The position numbers were made by a program, and so were the translations under genes. Positions 42,101-55,300 of a stretch of DNA of 64,000 nucleotides are shown in pieces; the stretch's first letter is position 1; each line of letters starts with the position of its first letter. Origin of the DNA: Fimbriosthenelais zetlandica (taxonomy: Eukaryota); contig OZ365113.1 in assembly GCA_977030845.1 (NCBI GenBank), positions 17,856,001-17,920,000 of the forward strand, written 5' to 3'. Under the pieces are notes generated by a model. It searched no databases, was not told the origin of the DNA, and saw only the letters and a program-made list of their open reading frames with translations.

Positions 42101-44319
42101 AATTCTGTTTTTACGGTACAATGATGGAACCAATTTCAAAAAGACTAAGATTGTATGAATTCCCCATCCCATCAATTGCGAGACCAATGTCTCTATGAAG
42201 CCAATTGTGTTGTAGTCCTTCTACACTATAGTGCATCTATTTATCATTAAGTGGGGAATCTGGATCTTGGACTTGATAATTCACCTGCAGTAGTATTGCT
42301 TCAGTAGTGCTTTGCATGTCAGTACGAGTCATTTGCTTCAGGGTGTGAAGCGAGAAAAACAAGTTTTACGTCATTAATAGCATGGTCAAGAATCTATTGT
42401 ATGCAGCTCTGATCCTGCCATAAAATCACAGCCGGTAGGAATCAGTGAACGGTATCCCTCTCATATATCAAACCTTAACATAAGGTCACCTTTGTTATTC
42501 CATATACATTAATAATTATCAGACACTCTCCCTCAGAGCACTAATACAATATTGTTACACATGCAATATCTTTTTACCATTGGATTATTATACCGAAACA
42601 TTCTTTGCTCTTATTCAAGAACAGCCTAACGAGATATGTAATATGCTATAATTTTAACATGTAACCAATGAGAAATGAATATAATTTTCTTCCATCTATA
42701 TGATTGGATTTCGGCAGTCTGTTAAGTAGAAAATCATGAAACCCTGTACAGAGCCTAGGATATATATGCACGATTGCCCTGGGCACGTGCATGGGTATAC
42801 AAGGTGCGGAGTGAGGGATAGGGAGGGGAAACGGGCATAGAGAAATGGTGGAGGAGCAGGGGGAAACAATGTATCCAATAATATATTCAGTTGATTGAGG
42901 TGAAAGGAGAAGGGGCGAGAGTGGAATGCGAAAATAAATTTGTACTAATATGACTGCATAGTACTGCTGGCTAACCTATCATAATTATTCCTCTCATGTT
43001 ATAGATCATGTTTTCATGCAGACGGACATAACATCCGCCCTCCATATCTGTAATTAATTCATGATTCTCCCCCCTCTCTCTCCAGTGCTATGCTATTATC
43101 GATATTTGGCTCTCGACACTGTACAAATGGGCTGGCCTGGGGCCAGCCAAAGGTCTCGCTTTTCTATGTCGATCACATCATGATTAATTGATATCTTCTC
43201 TCTTAAACTTCCAGTTGATAAACTCAGTAGTGAAATGTGAAAACTTTTGACCTGGAGTGCATAGCTACCCCATGATGTTCCCTATTATTTTAACAAGGAA
43301 ATGATCAGTTAATAGGCTAGAAATCGGTAAATTGTAGCTCACAAGCAATTTTTGCAATACGACTGGAAGTACCCCACATTGAAAGAAAAATGTTGAGCAC
43401 AATGTATTGTATAGAAAACATTGACCAGACCTGGATAATAATTCTCAGTTTTGACACTAGGTGGAATATTGACCCTGTTTTGCCCATGATAGCTCCAGCC
43501 TCCAGACTCCTGGGTTTGGTTTATGAAAATGGTACGAGAGGGAGCCACATATACATGGCTACAGGTCTTGGACCACCAAATGATTTCTCTCTGTTTTATT
43601 GTCGCATATACAAACATAAAACTGTTTGACCACTATTTTCGCCTGATTCTGCCTTCTTTGCCACACAACATACCTGAATATAAGATCATATAAAGGTAGA
43701 GTGACCCTGAAAGTTTCGCGTAACGAGTTGGTTTGTTTACCATCCTCCATCTTAAATTGTGGTCTTGGCACTGAATGCACTCGGGTAAAATAGAATCTAA
43801 AACGAGCGCTGCTGGTGGTCGATTAGGTATTCGGGAACCTTTAATTTTTATGCCAAGCAGTTGAGATACACCTGGAGAGTATCTCTGATTTTTGGCATTT
43901 TTTTGCAGATATAATATTTCAGCCACTCACTGCAACGCTAGGCCTTCACTCCGTGACTAAAAATATGAGACAACCTTGGGAGTACTTGCCTCTATAAATT
44001 GGCCAGTGGTCCAAGACCCTACAAGACAAGAACTTGACAAAATAAAACAGGTTTTAGGGTATGCAACAAGTAATATTTATTTTACTTCCAAGTTTTGATT
44101 GATGAGCCTATATTTTATAATAAGAAGGGAATTTATTAAGCTCTTACTGAGCCGGGCACGTTATATACCTCATATGTACTTCCCTATTCTAAGATATAGG
44201 CTTATTCTATCTGACACATTTACAGCTAGAATCAAGTAGTCCAGTTGGTTTACACAATTAATATCTAAGGTATAATGAACCCATGAATATCTTTACTGTT
44301 TATTGCTACATCAGGGAAA

Positions 44320-47300
44320 TCAGTTTTCTGTTGTTCCCTTTGCAGTAAGATTGGTGGCAGGTAGACCGACAGTTCCCACTTTACTGGTGTTACTTGAGGC
44401 AGTACCTTGTACATACCTGAGGAGTCTCTCGTCGTAGAAATAGACTGCATATACTTTAGGAACAAAGAATGAAACCATAGTGATTGCAGCATTCAACAAA
44501 AGGGAACTAACCAGAAGAATCACTCGATAGATGGCATTCTTCACAGTAAGATATGTGGGAATGAATATTAACCACGTAAACACTGTGGTTGATACGGCCA
44601 CAAAGATGTAATAAGATTCGTTGAAGTTCCCTGGCAGGTGGCGAGTAAGGAAGCCGAGGATGGCGCATGACAGAATGATGACCAGGTTGAAGATGAGAGA
44701 GGGGACAAAGCCCATCATAGGAACGTCACAGAAAAGTTCCACCACTTTCTCTATCTGCACAGGCATAGCTACTCTTGCATGGGTTGGGAAAGCCAGTGAC
44801 GAAATCATTGTAACAACCAACTGAAATGACACCAAAAAACACCGTACATCAAGGAGCAGAAGGAAAGAGAGCTAAACAAAAAGTTTAGTAACAAGAAAAA
44901 GTGGAAATTGCTTGAACCAAGAAGATACAAGAAGTAGTTTTTTAACACCTCTCTTGCAAATGTGTCATCTTTAAGAATATTATATTCTTAAAGTTTTATC
45001 TTTATCTTTGAGTTTCATCTTCAAGAATATTATAGGCCTACTCTTAAAGGTGAGACAGAAGTATTAGTATTCCACTAAGACGAAATTGATCTTCTTCATC
45101 TAAAGGTCGCCAAAAGAATGTACCTACCTGTATGAATATTAGAACAGCCGTTAAGGTGTTAACAGACCTGTTGCTTGTTAGAGAAGGCATTGCTACACCT
45201 TTCTTGGAGCCAGTGAAGATCCTATACACACGGGCAGTCTTTGTCAGAAGAGGCACGAAAATCATGGCAACCGAAATATGAAAACCCACAGTTGAGATCA
45301 GACAACTAATTTCTTGAGGCTGGGTCAACATTAGTATGCCTGTAACTAGAGCTAGGGCGATACCAATTAGGATGACAGAACATAGCTGAATGGATGAGGC
45401 TTTAATCAGTTTGATTTCTCTCTTATAAATGATCCAAATGAAGAAGAGGATGGCAGGTATTAGGAGTAGGAATGTAATACCATAGAGGATGAGTGATGCC
45501 ACATCGTTCCATCTGAGAAAGTCGGGCGGTATCACAACACAATCGGACCCTAAAACATGGAAACAAATAATTATTACACATGCATGCATAAAATAGGCCT
45601 ATCAAATGTTATTCATAAACTGAAGGCACAGATATCAGTATTCAAACGATTAACACAATAATGATTAAATTGAGGCATAGAACTAATATTTGCATCATTG
45701 TGATCCTAATTATATCTTTTCAGACTTACCTTCATCGTCATCTGGCCATGTCAGCTCCGGGCATACCTCACACCACTCACTGGTTCCATTGACCACCAGC
45801 TTTTCATTACCTCTGCATGATCGGCATTCCCAACAGCAAGGTAATTCTTCCCTTACAGCAAATTCTCTCGGACCACAAGCTTCACTACAGATAGACTCTA
45901 ACCTTTCCTCCTGCTCACCAACTCCTGTGAACAACCCCCACTCCATAGCTTCATCAAACACGGTGAACACCTCTAAATCCTTATCCAGCTCAGCGACTAC
46001 TTTATGTTGGGGTTTTCGATCAGAATTGTACTGTCTGATTTGCAGTTTTCCCAAACGATCTCCATTCTTATCAAAACTTACGTCAGCACTGTACCCTTTA
46101 AACTTAGTATTGCGAAGATAGGACAGAAGCAAGGGGCCATTGATACACTTAGCAAGTTCTGCTTTGTCAGAGAAAGCAGAAGGGCAATTCTTTCTTATCA
46201 GGGCATCGAGGGCATACGAGAATGCATATACTCCATCAATGTAGAGAGAGACTGAATTGATCACAAATTGATTTCTTGTTTTGAACCTATTACTTATAGG
46301 AGTGTCAACATAGTCTAAGCATGATGTTTTCCCAATGGGAACCCTATCCCAAGAACAGTCAAAAAACACCTGCCAGATGTATTTCATAAAAGGATTATAA
46401 GGCTGCTGTCGTAGAGTTAGACTGAAATAATGCTCATCAAATTCGGGCACTGAATGTGCCTGAGAGTTGCAAATGAATGATCCATCTGCCTCTTTCCCTA
46501 AATCAGCACCTACAAGGGAAGAACCTAAAACCCAAATAAAATTCTTTTCAATGCCCCTAGCCACGAGCTGTTGCTGAATCGAAAGAAGCTGTGAATATTG
46601 AATGAATGCGATGATGATGCGTGCCTTTAAATGTCTGCTTAACTTGTATACAACCTCCTCAGCTTCATCTGCCTTCAAGTCAGGGGAGAGCATATCAGTC
46701 ACCGACAGACAAATATTGTAGCTTTTCCCTGTTTCCTGCACCATTTTTGCTGCATTTTCTCCGTATGCACCTTCCGAGTACAGAAGTGAAACGTAGGTCC
46801 AGTTATAGTGGGCTACAAAATTCAGCATTGTTTCCACCTGTTTGATACCGGGTATGGATTGAAAAATAGAGTTGTAATGTGAATCCCAACAATAAAAGTC
46901 AACTCAATTTCACAATTTCGTTTCTTATGGAAAGTTAAATGCTAACTTCCTTTATAGGCCTACATCCTATTTATATTCTGTCCGACCATATTACATAATA
47001 GAGGTTAAAAGTGATTGTAAAAATGATTACCGTGAATTTATCTGGTGGAACCATACGTGAGAAGTAGCTATATTTCGACTTATCACTGAGGTCATCGTTC
47101 GTGGCGAGGGTAGCCAACATGGGCATGTGGAGAAGGGATGCCAGCCCAGCTACCATAGCTGATTCACCACTGCCTCCAGGTCCAACAATACCAAAAACAT
47201 CCAGATCTATACAACCCCGAGAGCAAGTGAAAAAATTAGGAGAAGATCCCTCCATGAAGCTTTGGTTATAACTTGTAAGTAGATGATTTTGGGGATTCGA

Positions 47301-47696
47301 CTCATTCATCTCCTTAAAGGTCACGTGGCATTCTTCGTTCGAAATGTTTAAAAGTTTAAGAGTCTGTCCCAGGGCTGCCAGAGCCCTCCAGCAGCTATCC
47401 ATGACGATATAACCAAGGCTGATATTGGGTAGAAGGCCTGATTTGTTGTTGATTTCATCAATAGCATACACGAAAGCCTGTTGGAACTGAAATGACACCG
47501 GAAGCCAAGGATTTGGCGTAAGATAGCACAAATCCTCCTCATTTACCGGGTCTCTAGGCAGGTTCGAGAATCCACTCAGCAAGCCGAGGTTAATATCGCC
47601 TGCGACACCATAACAGTCAGCATTTAAATTTGGTATCTGACACGAGGCTCTTCGCATAAAGGAAATCAGGAGTAATAAACAAATTTTGATATCCAT
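44320..47696 (-). CDS. Class C GPCR, metabotropic glutamate receptor-like (Venus flytrap, cysteine-rich domain, 7TM), 898 aa
   Basis: Exons 47696-47031, 46837-45730, 45549-45128, 44820-44320 with GT-AG introns in phases 0,1,0. Signal peptide MDIKICLLLLISF. Flytrap motifs GDINLG, LLPNISLGYIVMDSC, LSDKSKYSYFSRMVPPD, SEGAYGE, VSFDKNGDR. Cys-rich CSEAC...CCWECRSC...CEVC...WPD. 7TM motifs KASS, KTARVYRIF, PGNFNES, FVPKVY. Confidence 0.95.
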
Positions 47697-49300
47697 AGCT
47701 CCTTATAAGACTGTCCTGATAAGGAGTATTTTGCAACATCCATAAGGCATAGGATGAATTGGAACTTGTGAACTCATTTGGAATTGAAGCGGTCTTACAT
47801 TTTATGTAGGAATTCTGGCCAATGAGGGAGCAGCGAAAGTGAGAGATGAGGTTAGACCCCCTCCACACTTATTAGGAATCAGCAAGAATAGCCGAAGAAA
47901 TAGGTGGAGAAATATCGAACAGCATTCAAAGTTTATTCTAAAAGCTCTCTGACTGCTGTTTCGATTCTCCTTAAAATGCGATCAGAATGTTTCAAACGCT
48001 TTTGGAATACTGTAAGAAATGTTTAAAATGAAGTGAGTGTGTATTTATAATACTCTTTCACTGCTGTTCAATATTGTTCCACCGCAAATGCATGGGCAAA
48101 ACATTTGGGTCGGCTACAAGAATGGGCTCGAATAGAATCTTTAGAATGCAGTCAGAATCTTTAGATTCCAGCTCATTCCGACTCTAGTGTGATGGGGGTA
48201 TAAAGAATTAGTGCAGAGTCATATCAAGATATTGCTGCAAGACAACTGAGAAAGCTGATCATCGCCTATTGCTTGGTCAAAGTCTTCAAGCTTTCCATCC
48301 TTTGTATTATAAGTGAGTAATAGGCCTACCTGACATGAATACATCATAAGACCTTTGGTGGCTTCTAAATTATAATTATTTAGAGGACTAAGCGTTGGGC
48401 ACCATATTATTGAAGTGCAGAGAAGCCCCTTTTCCCACTCAATCATTTGCAGCGGTTTTTTTGGTAAATTATTTTCTGTCAGCTTGTTAAGGATAATAAT
48501 GTTTAATCGTTTTTTTGCATGCCTCAAAGACTGTATTTCAGAGATCCTTGAAAAAGATTAGAAAAGCCTCCGAGACTCCTTGTACGTGAGACAACAGAAA
48601 GAAATAATTTCCCAAACTACATCCACACCTAGCTTACTTGGATTGAGGAACAAGTTACAAAATCATTGTAACAACCAACTGTAATGATATGGAAATTCAT
48701 CTCTATTCTTAGATCAAGGAATAGAAATTATAAAAAAAAACTCCCAATGCGAAGCTTTTCATCTCCCAATTACATGGGTGCCTGATGTACATGATTCATC
48801 ATTTCATATGTCATCCCTGTAATTCTTCAATATTCACAGAGGTCTTGATTTAATTCCGTAACAGATCCATGCTAGGAGCATTCAATACATATAGCATCAG
48901 TTTAGTTCATTGCGATGGGAATTATTCCAGATCTGCATGAAGTATCGGGATGTATAGGACATGATCTATATTTTCTGTTCAGTCCTAAAGTATAAGGGGA
49001 AAGCGGTGATTTTGCAAAGTGTCATAAAGTGAAAATAGAATAGAATGAGAGTATAGCCCCAAAATCAGTGATTTCCCCCAAAAAAATGCCGTATATACAT
49101 GCACTGGAGCACAACAGTAAGGTGAAAAGAAGGTATCTGAACACAACCTCTAAGTCATTATGGATTAGGAAGAGGAGGAGGAGGAGGGGCAGAGGTGGAG
49201 GTATGTTCCATGGGCTTAACATAAGTCAGATAAAGATAGAGGAGAGCGTCTGAACCAAGCTACCTCCTGAACAAGGGCACCAATTCGTTTGGCCATCATC

Positions 49301-52300
49301 ATGGCACTTTTGTTAAAGTTACCACCAGTTATCTTTACATTTTTTATGATAATATGCGCCGTTGCACAGGAGAAATCAACTGACGAAATTGTAGCTCAGG
49401 CCTGGTTGGAAGAATATAATATAGAAGCTGAGAGAGCTTATTATGAGTCCACAGAGGCGGCCTGGGACTACAACACAAACATCACGGACTTCAACCAAGA
49501 GAAATCGGTAGGTGTTACATACATATATACATGATGTACAGGAGGAATGGTGCGGAATGGGAAATTATATTCCTACAAAGAAGTACTTCTATATTCGAAG
49601 GTGTGGTAATATTTGTTATTGAGTTCATCATCGTATTTGAACTGATCCAATTTTATTATGATTACGTCAATTTCATATTTTCAAGTAATATTATTATTAA
49701 CTTCAAAACGATGAGCTATAAATACTTTTCGGAAGGGGGATTTTGTCATAATAAGACTTGACAATTGGTCAAATGCTTAATGTGGTGTATCCTTTTTGAG
49801 ACCTACATCTCGTGACAATGCCTAATTATTAGGTCTGATATACAGCCTCAGGCCTGCTCCTATGTATTTGGGTCACACATTCTGGGGAAAAAATCACTCC
49901 TTCCAATGGTTCTAAAGTGTATTTAATATTTAAATAATCATCTCGATCTGATTAACAAGTAGTATTCTGTAAAATAATCCAAAGGTTTAACAAAATAACT
50001 TCCATATTATGTGATGTAATCGGCCCTTGAAATGGAAGTTCCAATTGAGTATACAATTGGCATTATCTCTATCGTTATGCAATCTGCTTGGGAGAAAATC
50101 AAAGGGCATGGTTTGAAGTTGAGTTAATAAAGGACATTAGGTATATTCTGGGTTATTGTTTCTCTATACTTCATGTTAATCTAGCTGAGGATATTTGGGT
50201 GGCATTGGTTGACAGTTGTATCAATTAGGATCATGCGACCTCCTAACAATCGTATAGCCGTTATCAAGGAATGTGATAAAACAACGCAATTAATCATTAA
50301 ATGTATAACGGATCACTGATAACAGTTTCACAATATGTATTTTCCCACAGCTGGATCAGCTCCCCATCTTTTATAAATTTAACAAAATATATACATGGCT
50401 TTTCATATGAAAATAAATCGCCAGTTTATTTTAGACAATATTGCGGCCATATGTTTTTCGACATATCAAACTGCCATATGGTTTTCCTGCTGAACTGGCC
50501 ATGCCGATAACCAGACTTTCAAAGTTTGGGTTCAAAACAGACAGGATTTAGGTTTATGAGTGATTCACCCCAGCCCGCATACCGAGCTGGGTCAATTACT
50601 ATAGCAGCTCTCTGCAGGTCATGTAGCGGACGAGCTGCTCAGGGGCACAAGGTAAAGGCCAAGGAAATGAGGTTATGGTTCGGGTACAGGAGAATTTTTA
50701 TTTTTTAATCTCAGAGAAGTCTGTGGCGTATGGCAATTTGACCCGAAAATGAACTACATGTCCTTTAAACGCTGTGCCCCATCTTACTAAACAGGAGGAA
50801 AGCCATATAGTGGACCCTTCAAGCGTGAAATTGAAGCTTAAGTTTACATATTGTCCTTCGGGGATTTCCTCCGGACAACACAGGTAACACATTTCCATAA
50901 TGTATTTTTACTGCGTATGTTTGCAAGGAAGGAATCTTTTACATTTTCAGGATAATGCCAATGTAGTGCGTGCTAAATTTGATTTAGCAGCTGCACAAAA
51001 TGCATCTTCTTTTGACTGGCGCAGCTTTGAAGATGAATTGACAAAACGTGAGCTGCAAAAAATTGCAATAGCTAATACAGCTATGCTCCCTGATGACAAA
51101 GTAAGAAGGGTAAGTGAGCTTTTCATCAAACTACTTGCTTACACCGGAAGTAGTTTGAACATTTTGGAGAATGAATAGACCGATAAGGGTCATTGATGCA
51201 GAATTTATTTCTATTAAATACTGTCATTCAACCCATTTTATTTACATCTTAAGGTGAGTGAACTTCGCAGCAACTTAAAGAAGATCTACAGCACAGGCAA
51301 GGTGTGTAACAAGCCCGGAGACACATCAGGCAAATGTTATCCCTTAGACCCGGGTAAGTCTGTTCAGTTACTAGTTACTAGTTGGGAGCATTGCTAAACA
51401 GGTTCCAGATCTATCATTTCGCATTGGAATATAAATTCCCATAATTTAACAGAAGGTATTTTATATATATGGTAAAATGAATCAAGCTGTTAAATAACCC
51501 AGATCTGACCCGTATTATGGCCACATCGCGCGACTATGACACTTTGGAATGGGCATGGAAGGGCTGGCGTGATGCCACAGGCAAACACATGAGAGAACAG
51601 TACGAGGAATACGTGGACCTTCAGAATGAGGCAGCCCTACTAGAAGGTGAGGCCTGCATCCATCCCCACAGCTGATGGATCTTGGGACAATGGGTCTTTA
51701 TTAGAATTTCTTCAGAGAAGAGTTTTCATGGAATATATGCCTATCGGAACATGGGACAGCTACTGGTTTATCAAGCCCTAAATATCCACAGTAAAATAAC
51801 TAATTATCTTTAACAATAAAACAAAAACATTTTAAACTATTTAAAAAACGGGAGGGGGTACCTCCTGTTACCTACTATGGAAGGGCTACTATATGCTAGT
51901 ACTAAAATATATAGTTCAAACTGAGGAAATTTTCATCATTGGACTTTGCTGCTTGGTATACATGTATACATACTGTACCACCTTTTTTATAGTGAGATTT
52001 AAATTGTGTACCAAATAATGTGTACCAAATTTTCAAAAGGTTTTACTGACCAGGGGGACTACTGGAGGTCGTGGTATGAGACAGAGGGATTTGAGAAGAT
52101 AGTGGCTGATCTCTGGGAGGAAGTGAAACCACTCTACGAGCAACTTCATGCTTACGTTCGCCGAAAGTTAATGGAACAATACCCCGAAGAGAAGTTCCCA
52201 GAGACACGACAAATGCCAGCACACCTTCTTGGTAATAATCTGACCTATCTTTACATCTCACCTTTAGATTCCTGGAATGAGCCATATATACGTTCACCTT

Positions 52301-55300
52301 ATTTTTGTAACATCTGTTCAATTCGTTGTACATGTAGGCCTACGTTGTAATTTCTAGGCAATATGTGGGCGCAGTCCTGGGATGGACTTGAACCTCTTGT
52401 TCGACCGTACATGAATAAAACAGCTATAGATGTTACCAAAGCTATGGTTGATCAGGTCAGAATAATTATTCACCTTTCATCTATCAATTTTAGTGCTTAA
52501 ATTGAAAACCCGCTCCCTCAAATGATAATGAAAATGTTGTCTGGGTTCTAACTATCATAAGTATTTCCTACTAGGGATATGATGCCACGAAAATGTTTGA
52601 ACTTTCTGAGGATTTCTTCACTTCTCTTGGTCTGGAGCCTATGCCCGAATTGTTCTGGAACAAATCTATGATTGTGAAGCCAGAAGACAGAGAAGTGGTT
52701 TGTCATGCGTCTGCATGGGATTTCTACAACAAGAAGGACTTCAGGTCAGATATAAATTGTTATAATATTATTGTGAGCCAAACCAACTCCTATAACCTCA
52801 CTTCAGCAAGAAAATTGTCAATCCAATGTCAGGCATTATACTCATTGCAACTTGGATTGGGTGGTGGAGGTGACCATTGCCCACTGACAATATTCTTAAT
52901 CTGCATTTACTAACCCTCCACATTTGGCCCAAGGATAAAGAGAAAAGTGTTTATCCCCAAATAGTGTAACTTTGTATAACATGGCAATGACTTGTATGTT
53001 GTCAACAGGATCAAACAATGCACTGATATAACGTCCGAGTATCTATTGACAACCCACCATGAAATGGGCCATGTTCAGTACTTCCTACAATACAAGGATC
53101 TTCCTGTCGAGTTCAGGGATGGAGCAAATCCAGGTACATTCCCATTATCTTAAAAACAATATGTATATTACTTAAGGTCCCTTTTCTTTGTATCAATACC
53201 AATAGGATCAAACAGTGCACAGATATTACAATGGAGTACCTGGTGACAACCCACCATGAAATGGGCCATATTCAGTACTACCTACAATACAAACCGCTAC
53301 CTGTCAAGTTCAGACGAGGAGCCAACCCAGGTAAAAGGGGGTAGTGTGTAGTACACAAAAGCCTTCTTTGACACTTAATCAAATGTGAAAAATATGATAA
53401 TCCTGATGCCAAAAATAGTTAAGGAGAATGCCTCTTATTCCCATGAAATCTCTGCATGCTAGTTTGACTATGTGACAGCTCATTCACTGACGCTTCTCTC
53501 ATCTTTCCCGCACAGGTTTTCATGAGGCTGTCGGCGATGTCATGTCTTTATCTGTTTCTACACCAGAACATCTCCATAAAGTTGGTCTCCTCGAGACAGT
53601 AGAAGATGATGAAGGTATTTTAAGATGCTTAGTTCGGCACTTCTCTCTTCTATACCCAATTGAATGTACAGTGACATTGGGGAAAATGGAGACAATATGT
53701 AGGATAATATGGAAATATGTAGGTTTCTAATAACTAATTTAACCGTATTGTTTCAGAGGCTGATATCAACTTTCTGATGTCACAAGCACTGTCGAAGATA
53801 GCTTTCCTTCCATTTGGCTACCTCATCGACCAATGGCGCTGGTCTGTGTTCAGAGATGAGACCAAATCCACTCATTACAATGAGGGCTGGTGGAAACTAA
53901 GGTATAACACAAAAACCAACTGATAACATGTCAGTTTTAATACTATGAAATTGGTTAAAATAACGTAAAACGACTACTGAGTAGCTGTCCATATGTTATA
54001 TGCTAGTCTCTGTTTTGCTATCTCCTTATCATGAGACTGCTTGTAATATTGGGTTTCAGATTTTAGACCTGTTTGACATTTTATTTTAAGGTGTAATATT
54101 CAGGGAATGTCACCCCCTGTAACAAGATCAGAGTCGGACTTTGATCCTGGGGCGAAATACCATATTCCAGGCAACACACCGTACATCAGGTATGTGAGAG
54201 GGGTATATAGGTCTACAGGGGGATGTAACTGGAATGGGATGTAGTTGATTGGATCATGCAAATGTCTCTCCCAGCAGTAAAATGAAATTATTTCTCAGTA
54301 ATAAAACATCGATCCTATCTTCAATTGAATACCGAGTATCACAACAATAATATATGCCACTAATTTGTATGTGACGTGAGGAGGGATTAGGGACTGGATA
54401 CCACAGGATATTCCACCAAAATATGCTTTAATATAAAGTTATGACAATATTTCCATTTCCCTTATAATATGCGTAGTTCATGGCCCCTTTGATCGTACAG
54501 TAACCTCATTTCCCTTGCTACGCCCCCTTTATAAATACTGCACGTGTGTGAAGATAAGCTATAGGCCCTAGCCCAGGTATCGCATTTATACCAGGGTAGG
54601 CCCGACATGGCTAACAAGGAACATGATTAAATTGGTGTTAAATAAAAGCTTATCACTAAAATTTTACATTAAGTGACTTACCGCCATCTTTATAAAGATG
54701 CTGCCGACATGTTCATCCAGTATTCGGGAGATTATAACGTAATCACTTGGTACAATCCATTAGTAATTTTGTGACGAATTCCTTGCACGCTTGAGGTTCA
54801 ACTTCTCACGGTCAAAAGAATGACCGGCCAATAAGCTATATTGTAGAGAAAGACACAACACTTCCGTTTAGATCTAAAAACAGACCAGGTCAATTGGTTC
54901 TGGCAGCAAAATAAGCTTTTCAATCTGTTATGGTACTATATATAGCTAACAAGCTAGGTAAAATTTGTACTGAATTATCTATGCACAAATCTACAAATTT
55001 CTTTGATTTTGTTTTACATTTCTTTCCCATTTATTCTTTGTATTGTCCTGATGTATTGTATCAATAATGTTATTGATAATAAAATGTATGGTATTATTTC
55101 AGGTATTTTGTGTCCTACATACTTCAGTTCCAGATGCACGAAGCATTGTGTGAGATTGCCGACGGAAATGCCTCCCTTCATCGCTGTGATATATATCAAT
55201 CAAAGGAAGCTGGAGAGAAATTGGGGTAAAATTAATGTTATTATGCCAGGCATCAGTCATTCTCCCTCCCCGATCTCTGCCCTTTAATTGGTTTCTATTA

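Noticed and set aside
45690-46845. Plus-strand ORFs overlapping the GPCR (45690-46121, 46004-46255, 46621-46845) and similar antisense ORFs over ACE, TMEM63 and 17343-17645
   Set aside because: Antisense shadows of real coding exons.
50715-50883. Cryptic exon with good splice sites in ACE intron 1
   Set aside because: Stops in all three frames; exons 1 and 2 already join in phase. At most a poison exon, with no further support.
53009-53330. Twin ACE exons as the remnant of a second catalytic domain or an assembly duplication
   Set aside because: Only this exon is doubled, the flanking intron sequences are unrelated, and the copies differ at many third positions, which is too diverged for a simple mis-assembly.
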